Of a stretch of 64,000 nucleotides of DNA, positions 47,776-56,962 are shown in pieces. The stretch covers positions 1-64,000 of the forward strand of contig CAXULY010000014.1 in NCBI GenBank assembly GCA_964252075.1, written 5' to 3'. The stretch's first letter is position 1. The number at the start of each line of letters is the position of its first letter. The notes beneath the pieces are model-generated. The model did no database searches. It saw nothing but the letters and a program-made list of their open reading frames with translations, and was not told the origin of the DNA. The translations under genes and the position numbers were made by a program. The DNA comes from an uncultured Deinococcaceae bacterium. GTDB lineage: Bacteria > Deinococcota > Deinococci > Deinococcales > Deinococcaceae.

Positions 47776-50478
47776 ATGCCAGAACAGCCGGTGGCGCCCG
47801 GGGTGTCCGCTCCTTCCCTGACCGAGCACCTCCAGCGCGTCACCGAGGCGCTCGCCGCCGCGACCACCCCCGCGGAGGTCTTCACGGTGGTGCTTGAACC
47901 CGCCCTGCAGGCCCTGAACGCCATCGCGGGCGCGGTGCTGCTCGTGAACGAGGCGGGAGATCAGCTGCGCATGACCGCCACGCGGGGGCACGAGGAGGGC
48001 GCCGAGACCATCTGGCAGGACGGGCCCCTGAGCGCGGACGTGCCGTCCGGAGCGGCCCTGGAGCGCCACGAGGCCCTCTTCTATGAACACGCGGGGGCCC
48101 TGGCGCGCGCGTACCCCCAGCTGGAAGCGCGCACGGGTGTGATTGCGCCCGTCGCCAGCGTCGTCCTGCCCATGTTCGGCGACGCGCGGCCCCTCGGCGT
48201 GGTGGTGCTGGATTTCCACGAGCCGCACCACTTCACGGACGAGGAACGGCGCTTCCTGTGCACCCTCGCCGCGCAGTGCGGCATCGCGCTCGGGCGGGCC
48301 CGCTTGCTCGCGCGCGTCCAGCGTGAGGCGCGCGAGAAGTCGCACATCCTGGAGAGCATCAGCGACGCCTTCTACGCCGTCGATCACGCGTGGCGCTTCA
48401 CCTACGTGAACGGAGAAGCGGAGCGCCTGTGGGGGCGGCGGCGCGAGGACCTGCTCGGGAAGGTCATCTGGGATGAGTTCGTGACCGCCCGGAACAGCCC
48501 GCCGCACCACGCGCACCTGGAGGCTCTGCGGGAGCGGCGGGTGGTGCGGCTGGAGTCGGTGTCGCCCATCGTGGGCCGCTGGGTGGACATCAGCATCTAC
48601 CCGACCCAGGATGGACTGGCGGTGTACTTCAAGGACATCAGCGCGCGTAAGCAGCAGGAGCAGGAACTCCAGGCGCTCAACGCCGAGCTGGAATCCAGGG
48701 TGGCGGAGCGCACCCGGGTCATTCAGGGGAACGCCCGCGCCCAGGAGGCGTTCGTGGCGTTCGCGAACGCCGTCGGGACGGAAGTGGACGTGCTGGTCCT
48801 GGCGCGCCAGGCGGTGCAGGTGGTGCGCGCGAACCTGGAGGACGTGAGCGTCGCGTACTACGAACTGGAGGGCGGGCGGTGGACCGCGCGGGTGTGGTCC
48901 GACGACATTCCCGCCGAGATCGTCGCGCAGATTCGCGGTGGCGTGGCGCAGGACGCCCCACAGTACGCCCAGGCCGCCCGCACGCGCGCCGCGGTGTTCG
49001 CGGATGGCTGGAGCGCCTCCGCCAACGGGGTGGCCCACGCGGAAGCGTACGGGGCCGCGGCCTTCCTGCCGCTGGTGGTGAACGGGGAAACGCGCAGCCT
49101 CTTCTCGGTCGGCACGCGCCTGACGCGCGCGTGGACGGAGCACGAGCGGGCCGTGATTCAGGCCGTCATGCGCGGCCTGAGCATCGCCATGGAGCGCGCC
49201 GAGCAGACCCGGAGCCTCGCCGACCGCAACGCGAAACTCGGTGCGCGCACCCGCGCGCTGGGGGCGTTTCAGGAGTGGACGCACGACCTGACCCTCACCA
49301 CCGAGGCGTCCGCGCTGATGGAGCGAGCCGAGGCCCTGCTGTTCGACCTGTTGCCCATCCAGGCGGTGGTGTTCTACGAGCGGATCGGGGAGCGCTGGTT
49401 CGTGAAGAGCATGCGGGGCGGGTTCGGCAGTGAGGGCCTGCGCCTGGCGCACGAGGCGGGCCTCCCACACGAGGACACGCACAACCTGCGCATTCCCTTC
49501 GAGACGGGCGAGGCGCACTACCAGGACGTGTACCACCCGGAGACCGACGGTCTGGCCGCCCACATGACGCACGTCTCCGCGACGGCCATCGTGCCGCTGC
49601 GCACGGGGCGGGGCATCCGGAACCTGATGGGGGTGGCGCGCTTCGGGCAGGTGAACTGGACGGGCGCCGAACGGACCATCATCGAGACGGTGTGGCGCAG
49701 CCTGGAGCTCGCGTTGGACCGCGCGGAACAGGCGGCCGACCTGCAGCGGGAGCGCGCCGCGCTGTCGGCGCGCTCCAGTGAGCTCGCGCGCACCAACGAG
49801 GAGCTGGAGGCCTTCACGTACAGCGTCAGCCATGACCTGCGCACGCCCGTGCGGCACATCGTGGGCTTCACCGAGCTGCTGGGCTCGTCCTTGAAGGGCC
49901 GCCTGGACGACCGAGAGGCGCGGTACCTGAAGGTCATCCGGGACGCCACGGCCCGCATGAACACCCTGATTGACGCGATGCTGGACCTGTCGCGCACGGC
50001 CCGCCTGCCGTTGCGCCTGGGCCCCGTGGACCTGGGCGCGGTGGTGGCGGGCGTCCGCGCGGAACTGGAGCCGGACGCGGACGGCCGGGCGGTGCGCTGG
50101 GTGGTCGCGCCGCTGCCTGTGGTGATGGGCGACCGCGACACGCTGCGGCAGGTGGTGGTGAACCTCCTCTCGAACGCGCTGAAGTTCACGCTCCCGCGCG
50201 CCGAGGCGGTTATCGAGGTGTGGGCGGAGGAGCGCGAACAGGACTGGCTGGTGTGCGTGCGGGACAACGGGGTAGGCTTCAACGCGCAGTACACCGACCG
50301 GCTGTTCGGGGTGTTTCAGCGCCTGCACCGCCAGGAGGACTTCGAGGGCACGGGCGTGGGCCTCGCGAACGTGCGGCGCATCATCGCGCGCCACGGGGGC
50401 GAGGCGTCGGCGCGCAGCGGGCCGGGCGAGGGCGCCACGTTCGCCTTCACCCTCCCGAAGTCGGCGGGCGGCCAATGA
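47776..50478 (+). CDS. Cytoplasmic sensor histidine kinase (GAF-PAS-GAF-GAF-HisKA-HATPase)
   Basis: H-box SVSHDLRTP, N-box NLLSNALKF, DNGVGF, FQRLH, GTGVGL; leaderless TATCCT-N6-ATG. Confidence 0.92.
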   Translation: MPEQPVAPGVSAPSLTEHLQRVTEALAAATTPAEVFTVVLEPALQALNAIAGAVLLVNEAGDQLRMTATRGHEEGAETIWQDGPLSADVPSGAALERHEALFYEHAGALARAYPQLEARTGVIAPVASVVLPMFGDARPLGVVVLDFHEPHHFTDEERRFLCTLAAQCGIALGRARLLARVQREAREKSHILESISDAFYAVDHAWRFTYVNGEAERLWGRRREDLLGKVIWDEFVTARNSPPHHAHLEALRERRVVRLESVSPIVGRWVDISIYPTQDGLAVYFKDISARKQQEQELQALNAELESRVAERTRVIQGNARAQEAFVAFANAVGTEVDVLVLARQAVQVVRANLEDVSVAYYELEGGRWTARVWSDDIPAEIVAQIRGGVAQDAPQYAQAARTRAAVFADGWSASANGVAHAEAYGAAAFLPLVVNGETRSLFSVGTRLTRAWTEHERAVIQAVMRGLSIAMERAEQTRSLADRNAKLGARTRALGAFQEWTHDLTLTTEASALMERAEALLFDLLPIQAVVFYERIGERWFVKSMRGGFGSEGLRLAHEAGLPHEDTHNLRIPFETGEAHYQDVYHPETDGLAAHMTHVSATAIVPLRTGRGIRNLMGVARFGQVNWTGAERTIIETVWRSLELALDRAEQAADLQRERAALSARSSELARTNEELEAFTYSVSHDLRTPVRHIVGFTELLGSSLKGRLDDREARYLKVIRDATARMNTLIDAMLDLSRTARLPLRLGPVDLGAVVAGVRAELEPDADGRAVRWVVAPLPVVMGDRDTLRQVVVNLLSNALKFTLPRAEAVIEVWAEEREQDWLVCVRDNGVGFNAQYTDRLFGVFQRLHRQEDFEGTGVGLANVRRIIARHGGEASARSGPGEGATFAFTLPKSAGGQ

Positions 50479-50819
50479 CGAGAGGGGGCACAGACGTGCT
50501 AAAGGGCGTTGGAAGACCTCCGCAACGGCGGGTGGTCCGGAGGCTGACGGGCTGTGGTGGCCGGGCGAACCACTGACGCAGGCTCAGCGGGATAGCGGGA
50601 TGAGCGGGCCGCCGTGAAGGAACACGGAACCGCGACACCGCAGTGATCGCGGGTTTTCTGTCCGGTGAGGAGGCGCGACTTCGTGCACTTGGTTCCGCGC
50701 CCTCAACGCCGGCGTGACTGACTGGGTGGCCCAGACACCTACGGGAGCTGAAGGCGCGAGGGGCAGGACCGCACTCACCGCTGGTCACGGTCCAGCCCGT
50801 GCGGGGCGGGAGCGTCCGT

Positions 50820-52223
50820 TCAGTGGGTCGCGGCGGCGCGCGGTGCGCGCGCGGGGTCGGGAAGCAGCAGGGACAGCACGACGGCCAGCGCGCTGAAGGC
50901 CGTGGTCCACCAGAAGGCGTGGTGGAAGGCCGCGGCGCCCGCCGTGGCGGCCCGGGCGGCACCCTGCAGGATGACGGCGAGCACCGCGGTGCCGAAGGCG
51001 CCCCCGACCTGGGTGGCGATGCGCGTGACCATGCTGGCGTCCGGCACGTCCGTCCGCGCGAGGCCCGTGAAGGCGAGCGCCATGATGGGAATGGTGACGG
51101 CGCCCAGGCCGAACCCGCGGGTGACGAGCGCGGCCATCAGGACGAGGGGGTGGGTGTGGGCGTCGGCGAACGCGAAGGGCAGCGTGCCCAGCGTGACGAT
51201 CGCGAAGCCCGCGGCCGTCACCCAGCGCGGGCCGATCTGGTCCGTGAGGCGGCCGGCGGCGGTGCGGCTGAGCAGCGTGCCGATGCCCTGCGGAATCAGC
51301 AGCAGGCCGGCGCCGAGCGCGTCGGTCCCGCGGACCTCCTGCACGTACAGTGGCAGCAGCAGCATCGCGCCGTAGAGGGACACCCCGGACAGGAAGAGCA
51401 GCAGCGACGATGAGCCCAGCGGCCCGTGGGTGAGGAGGCGCACGTTGATGAGGGCGCGCGGGCCGCGCCGCCACGCCCACAGGGTGAACGCGGCGAGCAG
51501 CGCCACGCCGAGTGTGAGGGGCAGGAGGACGTCACCGCGCGTGAAGCCGCCGACCTTGGCGACGTTGGTCAGGGCGTACAGCAGCCCGACGAGGGCGGGG
51601 GCGATCAGCGCGAGGCCCACGCCGTCGAGGGGCGCGGAGGGCGCGGGGGCGTCCCTGGGGAGCAGCCATGCGGCCAGGATGAGGCCGAGGAGGCAGAAGG
51701 GGACGTTCACCCAGAACAGCCAGGGCCAGGTGAGGTGCTGCAGGATGAAGCCGCCGATGACCGGGCCGAGGATGGGGCCGAGGACGACGGGGAGGCTGAT
51801 GGTGGACATCAGGCGCCCGAGGGCCTGCCCGTTGGCGGCCTGCATGATCAGGGTGGTCATGAGGGGCAGCATCAGGCCGCCGCCGAGGCCCTGAACCACG
51901 CGAAACAGGATGAGGCTGGGGGCGTTCCAGGCGAGGCTACACAGGATGGAGCCGAGCAGGAAGATGGTGAGGGCGATCATCCAGAGCGCCTTGCTGCCGA
52001 CGCGCCGCTGGGCCCAGCCGACCAGGGGAATGGCAACGCCGAGGGCGAGCAGGTAGGCGGTGCTGACCCACTGGATGAGGTCCACGCGCACGTGGAGGGC
52101 GTGCGTGAGGGTGCGCAGGGCGACGCTGACGATGGTGGTGTCGAAGACCACCGCGAGGGCGCCGACGATGACGGCCCAGGCGACGCGGTGGACGCTTGAG
52201 GCATGCTGTGGGGGCTGGGTCAT
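50820..52223 (-). CDS. DHA2-family (EmrB/QacA) MFS efflux transporter
   Basis: DTTIVSVAL, WVSTAYLL, RVVQGLGGG, GPILGPVIGG and WLFWVNVP motifs; RBS AAGGAG before ATG 52223. Confidence 0.9.
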   Translation of the reverse strand: MTQPPQHASSVHRVAWAVIVGALAVVFDTTIVSVALRTLTHALHVRVDLIQWVSTAYLLALGVAIPLVGWAQRRVGSKALWMIALTIFLLGSILCSLAWNAPSLILFRVVQGLGGGLMLPLMTTLIMQAANGQALGRLMSTISLPVVLGPILGPVIGGFILQHLTWPWLFWVNVPFCLLGLILAAWLLPRDAPAPSAPLDGVGLALIAPALVGLLYALTNVAKVGGFTRGDVLLPLTLGVALLAAFTLWAWRRGPRALINVRLLTHGPLGSSSLLLFLSGVSLYGAMLLLPLYVQEVRGTDALGAGLLLIPQGIGTLLSRTAAGRLTDQIGPRWVTAAGFAIVTLGTLPFAFADAHTHPLVLMAALVTRGFGLGAVTIPIMALAFTGLARTDVPDASMVTRIATQVGGAFGTAVLAVILQGAARAATAGAAAFHHAFWWTTAFSALAVVLSLLLPDPARAPRAAATH

Positions 52224-52235
52224 TCCAATCTCCTT

Positions 52236-52252
52236 AGATACACTGTGTATCT
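52236..52252. promoter_or_regulatory. Probable TetR operator
   Basis: Perfect palindrome AGATACAC-T-GTGTATCT between the divergent MFS and TetR genes. Confidence 0.8.
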
Positions 52253-52287
52253 TAAATGGAGTGTACGGCCCGAGAACAGGAAACACA

Positions 52288-52884
52288 ATGCCCCTGAACG
52301 ACACCACGGAACCCCAACGGCGGCGGCGCGGCGCAGCCCTGGAACAGGCCCTTCTGAACGCCGCCTGGACTGAAGTCACGGAGCGCGGCTACGACGCCTT
52401 CTCCATCGAGGGCGTCGCCGAGCGCGCCGGCACCAGCCGCGCCGTGCTGTACCGCCGCTGGCCCACCAAACCCCAACTCGTTCGCGCCGCCATCGCGCAC
52501 GCCCTGAACCAGGGGCAGCACGAAGCGCCCGACACCGGCACCGTCCGGGGCGACCTGATTGAGGTGCTGCGCCGCGCGAACGCCACCCGCGCGCCCCTCG
52601 CCGTCCTGCTCACCGTTCAGCTCGCCCCCTACTACCTCGAAACCTCAACCAGCCTCGCGGACCTGCGCGAATTCCTCCTCGAAGGCCGCACGGCGCAGCT
52701 GGACGTCATCCTCCAGCGGGCCACCAGGCGCGGCGAACTCGACCCCGACAAACTGACGCCGCGGCTGCGCAACCTGCCCTTCGACCTGTTCCGGCACGAG
52801 CTCCTCATGACGCTCAAGCCCGTCCCCGAGCCGGTGATCACCGAGATTGTGGACAGCGTGTTCCTGCCCCTCGTGCGCTCCTAG
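52288..52884 (+). CDS. TetR/AcrR-family regulator
   Basis: RRRGAALEQA, VAERAGTSRAVLYRRWPTK, IVDSVFLPL. Confidence 0.9.
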   Translation: MPLNDTTEPQRRRRGAALEQALLNAAWTEVTERGYDAFSIEGVAERAGTSRAVLYRRWPTKPQLVRAAIAHALNQGQHEAPDTGTVRGDLIEVLRRANATRAPLAVLLTVQLAPYYLETSTSLADLREFLLEGRTAQLDVILQRATRRGELDPDKLTPRLRNLPFDLFRHELLMTLKPVPEPVITEIVDSVFLPLVRS

Positions 52885-53066
52885 CCCACGCGAGGGGCCG
52901 AGCCTGACCGCACAGCACCGCGCCACCAGACGGTCCGTCCGCGGTGAAACGTGCGCTCATGGATAACGCCCGTGCTTCAGGGAAGGACCAGCGAGGGCAC
53001 GGGTCGTCTGCGGGCTGCGCATGAACGCTGATCGGAGTGAAACGCAGCCGGGCGTTGCCGTTGGCC

Positions 53067-56061
53067 TCAGAGGGCGCTCCAGTGAGCCTCCGGCAGGCCA
53101 TGCTGTGCCCGCAGGGCCCGCGCGGCTTCCCGCTGCACCGCACCGGCCGCGCCGAGCTGCACGGCCCACAGGTCATGCAGGCGCACCTGCCACGCCACGT
53201 TCGGGGTGCGTTCCAGCTGCTGTTGCGCGCGCTCAAGCAGGGGCGGCACCTCCGCGCTTGCTTGCAGGGCCAGCAGGATGGCCGCTTCCTCCAGCGTCCG
53301 CAGGGCCTCCAGGTGATCTGGAAGGGGCGGCCCCTCACGCGTGCGTCTCAGCTCGCCGAGCGCCTCCTGTGGGCGCCCCTCGAGCCGCAGCGTCTTGGCG
53401 TGCAGCACCGGGAAGGCCGCGAGGAGCGCGCTGTGCTCCGGGCGGTGGTCACGCCGCGCCTGCGCGCACAGCGCCCGCGCGCGCGGATACTCCCCGGTCA
53501 TCTGGGCGACCATGACCTGCACGAACAGCAGGGCGATGCGCTCGCCGTGGTTGGCGTCCAGGTGGCGGAGGTGCGCCTCGCCGCGCGCCGCCGCGTCGCG
53601 CGCCGCCTCGCCCTCCCTGAGTTCGCACCGCACGCGGGCCAGCTTGGCGAGCCTCGACCCGGCGCGCAGCACGTCGTGCCGGCGGATGTGCAGGCCCTCG
53701 GCCCGCTCCAGGTGCGGCGCCGCCTCCCGTGGCGCGGTGGCGCTCAGCGCGAGGCCGAGACCCTCGTGCGCCTTCGCCTGCCACTCCAGTGACCCCGCGC
53801 GCTCCCCGAGAGCCGCGAGGCGCCGCAGGTGCGCCAGGGCCTCATCGTGTTGCCCGCGCAGGAAGGCGATAAGCGCCTGCCCCTCGGTCAGCTGCGCGTC
53901 CACGAGTTGCGCCTCGCGGGTGTCCCCGGCGGCGCGCAGGGCGCTCAGGCCCGCCGCGACGACCGGCTCGATGCGCGCGGCGTCCATGGACCCTTCCAGC
54001 TGCCGGTACGTCTGCATGAACGCCGTGGCGCGCTCGAGCGGCGTGACGGCCCGCTCGTGCAGGTCCCGCACCGCCGCCGCGTGCCGGGCGTCATCCATGT
54101 TCGCGAGGACTTCCGCGCGCAGCGCGAGGGCGTCGAACGCGCCGCGCGGATCGGTGGCCGCACGCAGGTCGGCGGCCTGCGCGAAGAAGGCCTGCGCTTC
54201 CTCCAGGCGTGCGGTCTGCCACGCGGCGTGCCCGGCCCTCACCAGCCACGGCGCGGCCTGATCGCCCTGACCGCCCGCCAGCCAGTGCTCCGCGACGCGC
54301 GCGGCCGCCGCACCCGGCGCGGCTTCCAGCGCGCGGGCCGCCGCGCGGTGCAGCAGCCGCCGCACGCCCGCTGGCGTCTCCTGGCGCAGCGTCTCGGCGA
54401 GCAGGTCGTGACTGAAGCGCTCGCCGACCATGACCTGCGCGTCCTCCAGTTCCTCCCACGCGGCCGCAACGTCCAGCAGCGGGGCGCGCAGCACCTCGGC
54501 CACCCGCTCCACGTCGAAGTCACTGCGCAGCACCGCCGCCGCCCGCGCGGCGTGCAGCGCGGGGGTGGACAGCGCGCGCAGGCGCCGCGCGATGATGCCC
54601 GACACGCGCTCCGGTACGGGCAGGGGGCCCGACCGGCCGACGTTCCCCTCCTCCAGCAGGTGCTTGATGGTTTCCAGCACGAACAGGGGGTTGCCGCCCG
54701 TGAAGCGCGCGAAGTCCGCACCGCGCTCCGCGAGTCCCGGCAGGTCGAGGCTCGCGACGAGGCCGTGCACGTCCGCGTCCTCCAGCGGCGCCAGCTCAAT
54801 CCAGGCGGCCTGCCCGGCCGCCACGAAACGCTCGAACACCGCGCGCGTGGGGGCGTCGAGCTCCTGGGCGCGGAACGTGCCCACGCAGTGCGGCAGGCCC
54901 CCCGGCTGACCGAGCGGGAAGGCGCCCGCCAGCATCGCCATGGTGGCGGCGTCCACCTCGTGGAGGTCCTCGAAGACGGTCACCACCGCCCCCTGCAGGC
55001 GCACCGCGGCGCCCGACACCACGTGAATCGCCTCGATCAGGCGCGGGTCGGGGCGACCGCTGACGTCCGCGCGGGTCTGCGGCATGAGCGGCGCGAGGGC
55101 GGGCAGCACCCACTCCGGCACGTGCTCCTCGATGGGTATGGCGTCCAGCACGCGGTGCAGCATGCGCGCGGTGGTGGAAAAGGGCGACGTGCGATCCTCG
55201 GGGCGGCCTTCCAGCTAAAACGCCGGGCCTTTGCTCATCACGAAGTCCTGCATCAGGCGGGACTTTCCGGCGCCCGCTGGGCCAACGAGCAGGATGCACT
55301 GACCGTTCGCCCACGCCGCCTCCATCTTCGCCCACACGTCCGCGCGGCCCACCAGGACGGGCGGCCGCAGGACGGCCAGCGGGATGCGCCGGGCGGGCGC
55401 TGGCGGTGCGTCCACCGCGCCCCGGTCGATCAGCTGCGCGAGGTCGCGCGTCTCGGGCAGTGGCGCGACGCCCAGAACACGCTCCAGCAGGTTGCGGCAG
55501 CGGTGGTACGCCCGCAGGGCTGCCGGTCGGTCGCCCATCAGGTACAGAAGGCGCATCAGGCGGCGGTGCGCGCCCTCGGACAGCGGGTCCAGGTGCACGA
55601 GGTCGCGCGTCAGGCGAAGGGCGCGCGGCGCGCGCGAGGTCCAGGCGCTCGCACTACGCCAGCAGCCACTCCACGAGGTCCGGCTGGTCGTCGAGCGCCA
55701 CCCCGTCCAGCAGCGTGCCCAGCGGCACGGCGTCCGGCGGTGCGCCGGGTGCGTCCGCGCCCCACGGGGTCAGGTCCGAGGTGAATGCCGGGCCGACGGC
55801 GACCGCCTCCCCGGTCTGCAGGAGGTCCGGGTGGTGCCCCTTGCCGATGCGGCGCAGCAGGTGCACGAGGTTGTTCCGGGCGGCTTCCTCGGGCGTCTCG
55901 GGCCACAGCAGGCCTGCGAGGCGGGAACGGGCGGTCGGTCCCTGCAGTGCCAGGTACGTGAGGAGGGCGAGGGTGCGCGCCTCGCAGCGCACCGCCTGCC
56001 CCGCTGGATTCAGGAGGCGCGGTGTGCCGAAGGCCACCAGACGCCAGGCGCCGACACTCAC
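53067..56061 (-). pseudogene. Disrupted long-form BTAD-ATPase-TPR STAND activator
   Basis: Three collinear pieces: TAG at 55656-55654, frameshifting deletion near 55620, TAG at 55217-55215; Walker A GPAGAGKS and TPR tail otherwise intact. Confidence 0.85.
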
Positions 56062-56121
56062 GATGCCTGAGGATACCAAGTGCCGCCGCCCAGCGGTACG
56101 CCCTTTCCGGGCGGCGGGCAC

Positions 56122-56156
56122 CCATCATCCCGCCATCATGCGCCGCCGCCTACGCT
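56122..56156 (+). promoter_or_regulatory. Cargo promoter copy 6 (ATCAT variant)
   Basis: ccATCAtcccgccATCAtgcgccgccgccTACGCT. Confidence 0.7.
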
Positions 56157-56203
56157 CCGGGGCATGATGGGCCGCGAACCCGGCGCCCTTAAGCAGGAAC
56201 GAC

Positions 56204-56962
56204 ATGAAGCACCCGAACATCCTGGCCCTGACCCTGCTCGTCATCGCCCAGAGCGCCTGTGGCAGCGCCGGCACCACGACCGCCGTCACACCCCCGCCGC
56301 CCGGTCAGGCACACACGCCAGGCACGCCCGGACTGCCGCAGCCCTACGTCATGACCGGCACTGTCATGACGGAAGCGGGCGCTCCATTGGCGGGCGTGGA
56401 GGTCTTCGCGGACCACACCGCTTATTACAACATGAACGCCGTCGGCATCACCGACGCGCAGGGCCGCTACCGCATCGCGCTCGCCCGGCAGCCCGGCACC
56501 TGGAGCGCCGGCGCGTACCTCAAGGTGCCGCTGGACGGCGAGACCTTCGACGTGCGCCTCCGCCCGCAGGAGGACATGCCCTTCGACGGCGCGCAGGGCG
56601 CGGTGCGGCACTTCACGTACACCGCCAGCGACGCCCCGACCGACAAGGTGTACACCTACGCCGCGCACACCGACGTTGAACTCGATGACGGCTCCCTGCA
56701 ACTGACCTTCACGCCGGAAGGCCCAAACGTGCTGGGCAGCACCGCCCCCTTCACGCGCCGCTTCGTCGTCGGTTCAGGCATGCCGGACGTACCGCTCGGC
56801 CGCTACCACGTGCGCGTCACGCACGTCCTGAACGGCGCCCAGCAGTCACTGCTGCTGGGCACGCGGGACCAGCCGGGATCCGCCGCGTAGGTCTCCGCCA
56901 CGTTCCACAACGACAGCCATTACGGCCCCACCCTGGAGCTGTTCCTCAGCAACCCGGAGTGA
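56204..56962 (+). pseudogene. Carboxypeptidase-regulatory-like lipoprotein with a premature TAG
   Basis: TGTVMTEAGAPLAGVEVFADHT...TDAQGRY; TAG at 56888-56890, then the frame continues VSATFHNDSHYGPTLELFLSNPE* to 56962; lipobox reads QSAC. Confidence 0.72.

Noticed and set aside
84..55784. Very long antisense or alternative-frame ORFs (e.g. 84-1379, 8004-10136, 11358-13577, 47566-50475, 53829-55784)
   Set aside because: Shadow ORFs expected from high GC3; they lack motifs and overlap well-supported genes
55215..56890. Amber readthrough or recoding (three in-frame TAGs in adjacent genes)
   Set aside because: The same regulator gene also has a frameshifting deletion, TAG ends intact genes elsewhere (3929, 52884, 60001), and no suppressor machinery is visible
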